Positions 1 to 12,621 of a stretch of DNA of 64,000 nt are shown here, one piece after another. Location of the stretch: contig NW_027266275.1 of assembly GCF_022045235.1 (NCBI RefSeq), forward strand, positions 72,850,001 through 72,914,000. The letters are read 5' to 3'. Numbering within the stretch: the first letter of the stretch is position 1; each line of letters begins with the position of its first letter. Both the position numbers and the translations under genes were made by a program. The notes beneath the pieces are model-generated. The model was given only the letters and a program-made list of their open reading frames with translations, did not search any database and was not told the DNA's origin. The stretch comes from Haliotis cracherodii. Lineage: Eukaryota.

Positions 1-490
1 ACCAGCCGCCTTCCTACAAGATGACCACACAACTGGACAAACCAGCTGCCTTCCCGCTAGATGACCACACAACTGTACAAACCAGCTGCCTTCCCATGAG
101 ATGACCACACAATTGGACAAACCAGCTGCCTTCCCCCTAGATGACCACACAACTGGACAAACCAGCTGCCTTCCCGCTAGATGACCACACAACTGGACAA
201 ACCAGCTGCCTTCCCGCTAGATGACCACACAACTGGACAAACCAGCTACCTTCCGGCTAGATGACCACACAACTGGACAAACCAGCTACCTTCCCACGAG
301 ATGACCACACAACTGGACAAAACAGCTGCCTTCCTGCTAGATGACCACACAACTGGACAAAACAGCTGCCTTCCCGCTAGATGACCACACAATTGAACAA
401 ACCAGCAACCTTCCCACCAGATGACCACACAACTGAACAAACCAGCTGTCTTCCCGCTAGATGACCACACAACTGAACAAACTGGCTGCT
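1..490. repeat. 40-bp minisatellite, about 12 copies (truncated by window edge)
   Basis: Unit accagctgccttcccgctagatgaccacacaactggacaa. Confidence 0.95.
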
Positions 491-529
491 GCTTCAACAG
501 TCTTGGGCATCAGCAATTCTTACACCACT

Positions 530-1745
530 AACATTGTCTACAGTGTCTTACAGCCTGATCGTCACATAAACACTCCCTACAGCTTGTTACTATTACGGTC
601 TACAGCGTTCTATAGCCTACTCGTCACGTAGCGTGTCTTGTTACTATTACGGTCTACAGCATCATACAGCCTGATCGTCACATAAACACTCCCTGTAGCT
701 TGTTACTATTACGGTCTACAGCGTCTTACAGCCTGATCGTCACATAAACACTCCCTGTAGCTTGTTACTATTACGGTCTACAGCATTCCATCGCCTGCTC
801 ATCACGTAGCATGTCTTGTTACAATTACGGTCTACAGCGTCTTACAGCCTGATCGTCACATAAACAGTCCCTGTAGCTTGTTACTATTACGGTCTACAGC
901 ATTCCATCGCCTGTTCATCACGTAGCGTGTCTTGTTACAATTACGGTCTACAGCGTCTTACAGCCTGATCGTCACATAAACACTCCCTGTAGCTTGTTAC
1001 TATTACGGTCTACAGCATTCCATCGCCTGCTCATCATGTAGCGTGTCTTGTTACAATTACGGTCTACAGCATCATACAGCCTGATCGTCACATAAACACT
1101 TCCTGTAGCTTGTTACTATTACGGTCTACAGCATTCCATCGCCTACTCATCACGTAGCGTGTCTTGTTACAATTACGGTCTACAGCATCATACAGCCTGA
1201 TCGCGTCACATAAACACTTCCTGTAGCTTGTTACTATAACGGTCTACAGCGTTCCATAGCCTGCTCATCACGTAGCGTGTCTTGTTACTATTACGGTCTA
1301 CAGCGTCGTACAGCCTGATCGTCACATAAACACTCCCTGTAGCTTGTTACTATTACGGTCTACAGCATCATACAGCCTGATCGTCACATAAACACTCCCT
1401 GTAGCTTGTTACTATTACGGTCTACAGCATCATACAGCCTGATCGTCACATAAACACTCCCTGTAGCTTGTTACTATTACGGTCTACATCATTCCATCGC
1501 CTGCTCATCACGTAGCGTGTCTTGTTACTATTACGGTCTAGAGCATCATACAGCCTGATCGCGTCACATAAACACTTCCTGTAGCTTGTTACTATTACGG
1601 TCTACAGCATCATACAGCCTGATCGTCACATAAACACTCCCTGTAGCTTGTTACTATTACGGTCTACAGCGTTCCATAGCCTGCTCATCACGTAGCGTGT
1701 CTTGTTACTATTACGGTCTACAGAGTCATACCACCTGATCATCAC
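530..1745. repeat. Composite minisatellite of 62-bp and 54-bp related units (116-bp higher-order period)
   Basis: Shared core ttgttactattacggtctacagc; matching register at 725, 841 and 957. Confidence 0.92.
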
Positions 1746-2089
1746 ATGTCACTGAAGTGTGCCTTTAACACAACTACCAATATCTAGGTACACCACTGAA
1801 GCTAATACACACTAACAAGACAAAGGCATCATAAACAAAGACTTTCTCTAATTATGCAAGTGGGGATATGCCAGGGGAGAAGACTCTGATGACTGGTTCC
1901 TCTGTGGTTCTGTGGGGCACAAGAGAGATTGTTGTGCACTCTGCATGATAGGCCTGAGAGGCCTGGACAGCTTTGTGTCAGTACACATTTGCACACAGAA
2001 AGGCGCACCATCTGTGAGGAGGAGGTTCAAGTGCAGAGCAGGATATTCTGGCATCTATTGGAGAACTGAGTGTCAAGCAGTGTGAGGAT

Positions 2090-2675
2090 AGGCTACCCTG
2101 CTGCTGGGCTCTGTTTTGCTTGTGGGCAAAGCAGGGTGTTGACACATTGAGTGCTATTTTGGCTGTGGCAGATCAGGGTGCCCTGCTGCAGAGTGCTATG
2201 TTTGCTGTGGACTGATCAAGGTGCCCTGCTGCTGAGTGCTATTTTTGCTGTGGGCAGATCAGGGTGCCCTGCTGCTGAGTGCTATGTTTGCTGTGGACTG
2301 ATCAGGGTGCCCTGCTACTGAGTGCAGTTTCTGCTGTTGGCAGATCAGGGTGCCCTGCTGCTGAGTGCTATGTTTGCTTTGGGCAGATCAAGGTGCCCTG
2401 CTGCTGAGTGCAGTTTTTGCTGTGGGCAGATCAGGGTGCCCTGCTGCTGAGTGCTATGTTTGCTTTGGGCAGATCAAGGTGCCCTGCTGCTGAGTGCAGT
2501 TTTTGCTGTGGGCAGATCAGGGTGCCCTGCTGCGGAGTGCTATGTTTGCTTTGGGCAGATCAAGGTGCCCTGCTGCTGAGTGCAGTTTTTGCTGTGGGCA
2601 GATCAGGGTGCCCTGCTGCAGAGTGCGATGCTGTCTGTATGGAGATCAGGGTATCCTGCTGCCAAGTGCAGTGTT
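2090..2675. repeat. 43-bp minisatellite, about 13 copies, abutting the TEX2 stop codon
   Basis: Unit gcagatcagggtgccctgctgctgagtgctatgtttgctttgg. Confidence 0.92.
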
Positions 2676-2682
2676 GTCAGAG

Positions 2683-2793
2683 TCAGACCGAGGAGGTGGT
2701 GGACGGCGTGGCAACAGGGATGGCTTCAGGGAGGATGCCAGGGAGAAGGATCGGGATAGCCAGGTCATCCATGTTGGGCATAACAAACACACG
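2683..2793 (-). CDS. TEX2: TEX2 last coding exon
   Basis: tttcag|RVFVMPNMDDLAIPIL...TSSV-TGA. Confidence 0.9.
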   Translation of the reverse strand, partial: RVFVMPNMDDLAIPILLPGILPEAIPVATPSTTSSV

Positions 2794-5700
2794 CTGAAAC
2801 ATACACAGTTGATCTGGTTAGTTTTATACCTGGTACAAGCATCAATCCAAACAAATTTCACAATATCAACTTATGAACTCCACCTCAACAGATGTGTACA
2901 TAAAATCACTATGATGTATTACCTTGTTGTTTCCACCTTAACACTGTTATCAGTACAAACAGCACATGGGGGACATAGAAATTAATACACAAGTGTCTGT
3001 CAGATAACATTTATCTTACAAGTTGTTTCAAAACCTATCTAACACAAGGAAGCGAGTTAGATACATTCTGAAACGAGCTACAAGATAAATGGTCTCTGAC
3101 AGGCAGGAATGCAGTAATCTGTTTCTTACATACCCCAAAATTGCACCATTTTAGCCTTCAATTGATGCATAATGTCTATTCTGATGATCGCAGTGGTGCA
3201 GTAATACGTAACACAACAACCATTATTGACCGACTTACTGCTTACTACTCATACTTAGGGTGATTCTCCATAAAACAGTCCCAGCAATATCTGTGGATCA
3301 TCAAGGTGATGATGATAATGCAAACTAGATAAGATCAACATATGTTGAACACTTTATTACAGGGATGTGAGCAGGTTTTCCTGTAAAAAGAGGAAAAGTC
3401 TAGGGGGGTCTGGGAGCATGCCCTCCCAGAAATCTTTTAAACATTTGATTGCATTTTAAGCAATTTTGTGCAGTTCACAACATTCAACATTCACACCAAG
3501 ACATGTAATAAGTCAATGGCAAAAGTCAATAAGTCAAATAAACAAGATGGCAGATGCAGTAAAATTTTCAAGTTAAATCAGTACTTTTAAAAAATCGGGC
3601 ATAGCTTCCGCGCACCTGGCTACCTGCCAGGTCTGGGAGCAATACTGCCATAAACTTCAACCCCAATCCCCCAGACACAAGGACAACTGTCACAAGCGTG
3701 CAATGTCAACTGTAAAACATCTCATTCACTTACAGGCTAAAAGACAACTTTATCTTAAAAACAAGAGTATTTACAATTTCTGTGTGATAGAAAACGTATG
3801 ATGTCCGAAAACCTATGCTGCGGAAAGCTCTGATTGAAAACAGGACAATCTGCGACGGGTGTCCGGTTTTCGATCATATTTTTTGGAGTGTTTTTTTTAA
3901 ATCTTTGATTTTATTTTACGCGAAGATGATTTTTCCCGAGGACTACTGTTTTAAAATACATGATTTTCCACGGGGATATTTCACATCCCTGTTATTAAAC
4001 ACTAGAACCATAAAGTTTCAACACAGACATTGTTGAATTCGACTGAAGCACGAGAAATGTATCCACGAATTACAATCAGTCGTCCGTCATTATCTGAACT
4101 TAGATCATAACCATGGAGTAGCTAATCACGAACTCAATATTTGATCTCCCATATGTTTGATACCAGTTATATCAAATGGGTTACTCACCCACAGGTGTGT
4201 AAATATATCAAGCACCTCCCAACCCAATCAATAGTCATTCTCTCTTAATCAAAGAATTGTTCCAAGAAAGAGAGCTCTCATAGATCAGTCAGCAAGTAAG
4301 TATCACTACTGCATTGTCTTACCTGGAACTCTACTGACAGCTTCTTCTCTATCCATTCTGTGATATAGTTGAATGTTACCTCACGCTCACCAACTTTCGG
4401 CTTAGCTGACAGCCATAATCTAGGGTTGCCACGGAAACCATACCTAAAACATGAGAGATCAATTTTAGTAACTGCAACCAACAAGAGGAATGTTTCAGTA
4501 TATGTTTGTACTGTATTTATCTAGCATGAGACAAAAACTTGCCAATACTGAAATACAACAAAAACACTTCTTTAAAACCTCTAAAGTCAGAATTTTTAAC
4601 ACAGTTTTACCTTACCACACTAGGTGTTGTTGTAAATGTAAAACATGTAAGTGTTGAAATGAATAAAGACTGGTTCTCTATCATATGAACACATCTGACA
4701 GTCTAAAAAAAAATGCCCCAAAGGGTTTATCCTTTATTAAAGTATTTGAATCCAGGGACTTTCTAATTGTAACAAGTGTTATATTTGGGATAACACTTTG
4801 TTAGTAAAGTACAGATTCTCATATCTTATAGGTTGAGTCCCAAATGAGGCTTGTGGAGTCCCATAGTCTCAGGAATTTCTATCCCTGCATTCTGGCACCA
4901 CTCAGCCACCAAGGCTTCCACAAAATGAAAGTCCGCCAACTGGTAGTCTAGATCACATACTTTGTGTACCCCTCTGACAAGTGTAAATTGGCACGGCTCC
5001 CATGGCAAAAAGCTATGAACAACACAATGCCATTTAGAAAGTGGTCAAATGTAACAAATGTTATACGATGGGATGCGATGACCTGCATCAACCAAGTCAG
5101 CGAGTCTGACCACCTGATCCTGTGAATCACCTCTTACGACAAGCAGTCTAATTCTAACCTGGATCTTCACAGGTAGTGTTGTGTACCTACCAGAACCTGT
5201 CTGTCGGTGGGGGCGGGATGTTGAGGGCCATGGTCCCCACCAGGGTCTTCACCTCCACCGTGAGAATGAGGGGCGTGTTGGATACCCCCTCCATGGCACG
5301 CTTGATATACTTATACTCAGTGGCCTGCTGGAAGTATTTACTTTGTGTGATCTTGTCCAGGTATCTCAGGAACTTCTTACTGGTGGTGCCACCTGATGCT
5401 GCACTGTAAACAAAGCATGGGGTCAGCGTCAGCATCCATTCATTTAACTGCTGATGCACTCCAACTGAATGTTTGGCAAGATATCAGTGGCTCACTTACA
5501 GTCCACAGTTTTAGTCCACTAGTCCTTAAAATGATAACATAAATCAAAGCCCCTAAAAATAGCAAATTTCTTCTAGTCTTTATGATACCTTTACTATTGG
5601 GCAGTTTGGCAAGGACTATAGGACTAAAGTACTCACGGAAATGAAAAAAACCTGTTTTTCTCAATTTAAAAATCGACACAAAGTGTTACGTAGCTGTAAA

Positions 5701-8700
5701 TACGAAATGACAAAACAACTCGAAAAGTACTAGTCTGGATTTGCTACTTTGATCTCAGTGAACAATACAGAATGTACTTTACAGGAGGTAATTTGTCGGC
5801 ACTTTCAACATTCAAAAATAAAACTAAGTCCAAATTGACATAGCAGAAACAGACTATACGCATTATGTACCTGTTCTCACCTGTCGTCAAGGTGTCATAG
5901 GTCACCTTGATCTACTTACACCTGGTTATGCCCTGTTTCACAATAGTCTGTTTTATTCACATTTTTACACACTTTTACGTCTAAAAAGGCATAAAAACAT
6001 TTGATAAACTGTATTTGTGCCACCGCCCAATTAGTTCTAATTTAGTTGTTTGAATATTTACATATTTTGTATATTAACTGCATTTATTTAAGATCTGAGG
6101 TCGAAAAAACAGTTTTTTTTCATTTCCGTGAGTACTTTAGTGAATGTTTCTACTCCACACCATAATGAGGTCTGTGTAAAGTAACAGCTCCAGTACTACT
6201 ACACTACTGACCTCTCATCAGTGGCTGGGGTCTCCTCCTCTTCGTCCGTGGAGGACTCCGCACTATCCTCCTCATCAGAGTCTGTTATGGGCGACCTGCC
6301 AACATTCAGGGTTGGAATATGTGAGTTGGGGTTAATGTTTTTCCATGGCATCTGGTATGGAGCGTTCTACCTTCCCCTAACAAATGTTTACGGTATCCAC
6401 ACAATTTCAAACACTTTTACAAATGACGCTTGTGGAGTCCCATAGACTCAGGGATTTCTATCCCTGCATTCTGGTACCTGAAATTACAGGACAAATTACT
6501 TATACAGTAGTCAGAGTGACTTGCAAGTAAACATACTCTAAAGTTCCCCCTATCCAAACACTTCGCTTGATAACAGTCTTTATCTTTTGGGTTGGGTAGT
6601 GAGAGGTGGTTTGACATGATCAATAGCAAATGTTTATCCTGATTATGAAGGAAAAACATAAAGTGGTGATCTTTAAATTCCAGTCATGTACAGCAGTATG
6701 TATGATAGACATGCACATGCACATGCACATGTACTTTTTTGGTAATTAAATTTCTATTTCTGTCCTCTTACAGAGAGGAGCTTCTGCCCAAGAGTGAGTG
6801 AGTTTGATTTTATGCAGCTTTTAGCAATATTCCAGCAATATCAGAGCGGGGGACACGAAAAACAGGCTTCATGATTTCTACCCATATGGGGATCAAACCC
6901 AGGTCATCAGTGTGATGAGCGAACACCTAACCACCAGACTACCCAACCTCCCGTCTTCTATCCTGGAAAGCCTGAATCTCCTTGGAATGAAGATTGAGAG
7001 ATGAAATGCATGACATTGGAGTTTTCAGAACAACCATTCACACACAGACACTCTCATCTGTACATGTAGTGCTGACCTTATACACAGGGTGTTGTGAGTA
7101 CGCTTACCTCTTATCAAGTGGCCGCTGTGAGACGTTATGATGTGTAGTTTTCTTCAGCTTCATCAAGTTCACCTTGGTTGCGATTGTCATCTTGAAGCCC
7201 CCATTGTAAGCAATGTCCAGGTCCACCCAGAAACCCTTCTCGTCCAGGTACGGTTTGCCTGCACGCCGGATGGCAGGGATCTCGGAGCCCATGTCAATAT
7301 CCATCACTTGCAGTTCCTCTATGAAATATGGCACCTGCAATTGAAATTCAGATTGTGTTAATGCCTCCCTCATATATAGTATAGCTGGTTGATGGCAACC
7401 TGTAAATAAAACATAATCGAGGCTGGACCAGATAAACCAGAGATTGGTATTGTCTTCAAAGTCCCAAAGTCTGCAGTACAGAAGCGTTAAGGGTGTTGAA
7501 GAATATTGCTTGTTGACTATACTATATGATATGTTATATTTGGTCATTGTGCATAGTAAATATATTCTACTCTGTCTTATTCTTCTTGATCTTTCCCTTC
7601 ATGGGCTGGTCTACTATGCTTCCGAAGGAGTCAGCTCATCTCTCCTTTAATCACTGATGTAATACTTTGTTATGATAGAATTGTAGACAAAAGTACAGTC
7701 AAACAGCACCCCCCCCCCCCCCCCCCCCCCCCCCAACACACACCCACACCCACCCATGTATCTTACTGAGGTGCTACCATCCTTCAACAGACACCACTTA
7801 CATGTATCTTACTGAGGTCCTACCATCCTTCAACAGACACCACTTACATGTATCTTACTGTGGTCCTACCATCCTTCAAAAAACCACTTACATGTATCTT
7901 ACTGAGGTCCTACCATCCTTCAACAGACACCACTTACATGTATCTTACTGTGGTCCTACCATCCTTCAAAAAACCACTTACATGTATCTTACTGAGGTCC
8001 TACCATCCTTCAACAGACACCACTTACATGTATCTTACTGTGGTCCTACCATCCTTCAACAGACACCACTTACATGTATCTTACTGAGGTCCTACTATCC
8101 CATGGGCAGACACCACTTACATGTATCTTACTGAGGTCCTACCATCCTTCAACAGACACCACTTACATGTATCTTACTGAGGTCCTACTATCCCATGGGC
8201 AGACACCACTTACATGTATCTTACTGAGGTCCTACCATCCTTCAACAGACACAACTTACATGTATCTTACTGAGGTCCAACCATCCTTCAACAGACACCA
8301 CTTACATGTATCTTACTGAGGTCCTACCATCCTTCAACAGACACCACTTACATGTATCTTACTGTGGTCCTACCATCCTTCAACAGACACCACTTACATG
8401 TATCTTACTGAGGTCCTACTATCCCATGGGCAGACACCACTTACATGTATCTTACTGAGGTCCTACCATCCTTCAACAGACACCACTTACATGTATCTTA
8501 CTGAGGTCCTACCATCCTTCAACAGACACCACTTACATGTATCTTACTGAGGTCCTACTATCCCATGGGCAGACACTACTTACATGTATCTTACTGAGGT
8601 GCTACCATCCTTCAACAAACACCACTTACATGTATCTTACTGAGGTCCTACCATCCTTCAACAGACACCACTTACATGTATCTTACTGAGGTCCTACTAT

Positions 8701-11700
8701 CCCATGGGCAGACACCACTTACATGTATCTTACTGAGGTCCTACCATCCTTCAACAGACACAACTTACATGTATCTTACTGTGGTCCTACCATCCTTCAA
8801 CAGACACCACTTACATGTATCTTACTGAGGTCCTACCATCCTTCAACAGACACCACTTACATGTATCTTACTGTGGTCCTACCATCCTTCAACAGACACC
8901 ACTTACATGTATCTTACTGAGGTCCTACTATCCCATGGGCAGACACCACTTACATGTATCTTACTGAGGTGCTACCATCCTTCAACAAACACCACTTACA
9001 TGTATCTTACTGAGGTCCTACCATCCTTCAACAGACACCACTTACATGTACCTTACTGTGGTCCAACCATCCTTTAGCAGACACTACTTACTTCTTCCCG
9101 AGGCAAGGGCGTTAACTGACTATGAAAGTCCAGTTTCCACCCTTGCCGAACTAGGCTGGAATTTCTAGACTTGATTAAAGCCCCACTAGTTTTATGTCCC
9201 TTCTATGTGCCCACATATCACCAGTCAGATTCTGACTTACATGTATTTTACTCAGTTTTCTCTGTAACTTCTCGGTCACCTTCTCAGACCACCATTTGTC
9301 TCGAAGAAAATCCCAGAATATGCGACCAACCATGGCATTGACCCAAAATAGTTGTTTATCACAGATGAGGGAACCACTGATGGTGCTCCATGTACTGTTC
9401 TCCTTCCCAGGGCTGGACACACCCGTGGTGGATGGCATGAGGCGCCCCATGTACTGTGCAAACGCCAGGAGGTCCACATCTAACGCAGATTGATTTTCTT
9501 TTGGGGGTGGTGGTACTGGTGACTCAGTTTGTGATGATGTGGACGAAATAGAATCTGTAGAACCTTGTCGTTTGTGTCTCAAAGAAGTGTCTGAATTGCT
9601 CCGTTTATGTTTGGATTGACTTGAAATTGCTTTCTTGAGATCTAGCAAGTGATTGCCTAAAGGCTTACCCATAGATGCACACACGAAACGTTTATACCAG
9701 TCTTCCTTTTCTCTTCCTGTTCGAGCGAAGAGATAGAGGATACTACTGTCACATTTCTCTTCATCAATGATTTCAAATCCGGACTCTCCATCACTGTTGG
9801 GTGTGGTGGTGTGTTTGGGAGATCCAGACACTGTAGTGGGTGCACTGGTTGACTTGGTCCCAGCCTGAGCCAGGGCCACGCAGATAGGGTACTTCTTGCT
9901 CCATATCCTCTTTTTCACTAAACCAGGGGGGAGCAGGAACACACGGCTACCCTGTAGGTCAAAATGCCGCTGGTGTATGAATGATGACGGTGTGAATGCT
10001 TCATCCCACATGGCACGTTTTGGCACCCCTATCTTTGGCCGTTGCAGTCTAAGATGTGCACCTTCGAGACTGATGTAGACAGAGTGTGTCTGGTTGATAT
10101 GGTAGTCATCGGAGCTGTATTCCAACAGCTCATTCATCCAGCCCTGGATTAAATAGACAAGACATTCTACAGCTTCAGTTGATTATTATGACAACTTTTT
10201 TTGGACACTAATTGATAAAATTTAAGGATCAGACAGAGACTGTATCTGTTTGCTGGATATAGTCTACACTTTCAATCACAAATTTGAAGCCACAGTAAAG
10301 AGCTAAAAACAAATATGCTAAATATGATTGCATAAAATTTGATAGCAAAACCTCATGTTAGTAGGGCCACATCAAACATGCAGAATTTTACCCACTAAGA
10401 GAGCAAATTGAGTATTGTAACATGTATCTTATTGTGACTCAAATATATTGAAGTGTATCAATATGCGAAATATGCTTATAATGACTTCCCAGTTAACTTT
10501 GGGCGGTCGGGTAGCCTAGTGGTTAAAGCGTTTGCTCGTCACGCCAAAGACCCGGGTTCGATTCCCGACATGGGTACAATGTGTGAAGCCCATTTCTGGT
10601 GTCCCCCGCTGTGATATTGCTGGAATATTGCAAAAAACAAAAAGCGGCGTAAAACCATACTCACTCACTCAATGTGCAAATGTGTGAATCTGTTTTAACC
10701 TGTCTGGTTGAGTTAAGGGCTGATTGATTGTATACATTTATACAGTGTTTGAAGCGGGTCCTGGGGTCCATAAGATATACTCCTATACTATATGAATCTA
10801 TGGACATTAAACCATAAAGTTGTGACAAGACCCCCTTAACTCTCATGCTTAATTTTGAACACTGTTTATTTTACACATAAGAAAGAAAATGAACAAAAGA
10901 ACTCATCACCTGTAACATTTCTACTTGCAGTGTCATTCATAACAATTAGACCTGTGAAGATCTGGGGCAGGTCTTCAGCAACCCATGCTTGTCGTAAGAG
11001 GCGACTTATGGGATCAGGTAGTGAGGCTCACTGACTTGGTTGATGCATGGCACCATATCCCAATTGCGTGGATCGATGTTCATGATGTCAATCACTGGAC
11101 TGTCTGGTCCAGCTACAATTTTGTACAGACCGCCGTCATATAGCTGGAATATTGCTGAGTGTGGCGTTAACCAACAAACATAACAATTGACTATCTTACC
11201 AAAGGGCAGAGAGTGAGGGAGTGAGCATAATTTTACGCTGCTTTTAGCAATATCAGAAATTGGCTTCACACATTGTACCCATTTGGGGAATCAAAGCCAG
11301 ACTTTCAGGGTCATCACTGATTGGACTAGCTTTAACCACTAGACTATCCCGTCAAAGACACAAGCTTGTATCAACTTACCTTATAAATACCATCATCTTT
11401 GACAGGATCCTTCATCTCTGGAAGAAGCATGGGAGGTAAATCCTCAAGCGGGGTGAGTTTGAAATCATCGTGTTGTTTTGGTGGTTGTTTGTACCAGAGA
11501 TACAGGGCCCATCCAGCCGACGTTATCATGGCCCCCATCAACAGCCCTGACACATAGGAGGGAAGGGGCATGATAAGATATGCAAACACACACACAGCTA
11601 TTGCTGCCAGCTTTTGTATGGGGACGGTCTTCTCTGCTGGCTTCACTACATCGAATGTGGTTGGTGTTTTTTTGTCACGATTTATCGAAATCTCCAGGTC

Positions 11701-12621
11701 TGGTTTTGGTCCTGGCTCTGTTGACTCCATAACAGGTTCATTATGTTCATCTTGTACTTCCACATTAAACTGCGGTTCTTCCTCCGCTGGACTGGTGTCC
11801 ATCAGAGTTGACATAGAGATAGTTGCTGATGTTACAGGTTTAGAGTTTTTCTTGACTAAACGGTTTAGTTTTGATCTCTGCCTGACAGACACATTCAGTC
11901 CAGGGCTGGAACTAAAATCCTCCATTGAGTTCATACTAAAGTATTCATCAATAACAGCTATATCATCATCTTCTTCTTCATCATCCTTTCCAACAGCACT
12001 TGTGTCTTCCTCACATTCCTGGAACTGGTCAACCAAGTCATCTTTCACAGCACCAGGTACAGCATCTTGAACAACAGGTGCCCTTTCTGGCCTAACCTCA
12101 GTCAAAATGTTCACTCTCTCAGTAACCAACATGTCATCATCAAAAGGCTGCTCATTTTCAGGGCTGGGGTTGGAGCTGGAATCTCCCGAAAATTCTTCTA
12201 TTCTTTTGCTTATTGAATCAGTTATCTTTTCTTTTGTGTCAGTTATCTTATGTCTGATATCTGAAATGATATCTTTATATTCAAAAAAGCTCTTCTTAGT
12301 GGGAGATGAGTTACCATCATCTAAGGATTTTGAATTTGGGTGAAGTTTAGTGAGTTTTGAATCTTGTATGGAGGTTGATCCTGCCCTGACGAGCTTCGGT
12401 TCCCCTGATGACCCCCTTCTTTCATTGCCGGAGCGATGGGACTTGTGGGCCTCCTCAACAACCTTATCAAACTTGCCCGTGAAGATGGTGAGATCCTCAT
12501 CATCCTCCTCCTCCAGTGCCTTGAAGCTGATGCCTATTGCCCCTGAACTCATCTTGGAGCCCAAGCTCACCTTCGGGGGAGGAGGGCGAGGGGGCTTGTG
12601 TCCCTCTCGTTTATAACTCAT
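2683..12621 (-). CDS. TEX2: Testis-expressed protein 2 (TEX2/Nvj2-like; TM hairpin + PH + SMP lipid-transfer domain), 966 aa; join(complement) 12621-11380, 10143-9241, 7334-7108, 6295-6212, 5403-5191, 4443-4323, 2793-2683
   Basis: All introns GT-AG and in phase (2901 nt). TEX2 motifs: KGWMNEL, RIWSKKYPIC, LYLFARTGREKEDWY, WVNAMVGRIFWDFLR, KLSKIHVPYFIEEL, NIPPPPTDRFWYGFR, VFVMPNMDD. Confidence 0.93.
4323..4443 (-). CDS. TEX2: TEX2 coding exon 6
   Basis: YGFRGNPRLWLSAKPKVGEREV...WIEKKLSVEFQ. Confidence 0.92.
5191..5403 (-). CDS. TEX2: TEX2 coding exon 5
   Basis: KKFLRYLDKITQSKYFQQATEY...NIPPPPTDRFW. Confidence 0.92.
5624..6140. mobile_element. Non-autonomous DNA transposon with about 35-bp TIRs
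   Basis: ctaaagtactcacggaaatgaaaaaaa ... tttttttcatttccgtgagtactttag. Confidence 0.75.
6212..6295 (-). CDS. TEX2: TEX2 coding exon 4 (acidic insert)
   Basis: SPITDSDEEDSAESSTDEEEE; phase 2/2 junctions. Confidence 0.85.
7108..7334 (-). CDS. TEX2: TEX2 coding exon 3 (SMP)
   Basis: VPYFIEELQVMDIDMG...TKVNLMKLKK; cag| and |gtaagc. Confidence 0.92.
7709..9092. repeat. C26 tract followed by a 46-bp minisatellite (about 29 copies; 44- and 47-bp variants)
   Basis: Unit cacttacatgtatcttactgaggtcctaccatccttcaacagacac. Confidence 0.95.
9241..10143 (-). CDS. TEX2: TEX2 coding exon 2 (PH domain, start of SMP)
   Basis: cag|GGC TGG ATG ... AAA ATA CAT|gtaagt; 903 nt, phase 0/0. Confidence 0.93.
10501..10670 (+). 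mobile_element. tRNA(Asp-like)-derived SINE, family A
   Basis: A box tagcctagtgg, GTC anticodon loop, B box ggttcgattcc, (ACTC)n tail; near-identical to the copies at 24400 and 43198. Degenerate minus-strand copies at about 6795-6950, 11215-11350 and 14100-14175. Confidence 0.88.
10949..11182 (+). mobile_element. SINE-like family B (other copies about 5058-5175-, 13515-13780+, 23965-24250+, 33638-33865-, 39795-39970+, 48550-48716-, 60770-60980+)
   Basis: Recurrent cagcaacccatgcttgtcgtaagaggcgact...tctggtccagac...gctggaatattgctgagtgtggcgttaa. Confidence 0.8.
11380..12621 (-). CDS. TEX2: TEX2 coding exon 1 (acidic disordered N-terminus + TM hairpin)
   Basis: 416-aa ORF; acceptor ttcag|GGAG ATG at 12625; donor AAG|gtaagt at 11380; hydrophobic LAAIAVCVFAYLIMPLPSYVSGLLMGAMITSAGWALYLW. 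Confidence 0.9.

Noticed and set aside
1-1745. CRISPR-like appearance of regular repeats
   Set aside because: No unique spacers, no cas genes and a eukaryotic context; these are minisatellites.
2408-2985. Cys-rich ORFs on the plus strand
   Set aside because: Translations of the 43-bp repeat, antisense to the TEX2 last exon.
7802-8920. Repetitive ORFs (MYLTEVLPSFNRHH...)
   Set aside because: Products of the 46-bp minisatellite; frame changes every unit.
10501-10570. tRNA-Asp gene (also 24400, 43198; tRNA-like head at 38162)
   Set aside because: The tRNA-like part runs into a SINE body and tail, with TSDs at several copies; SINE heads, not tRNA genes.
11570-12616. Plus-strand ORFs of 78-166 aa
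   Set aside because: Antisense shadows of the large TEX2 exon.
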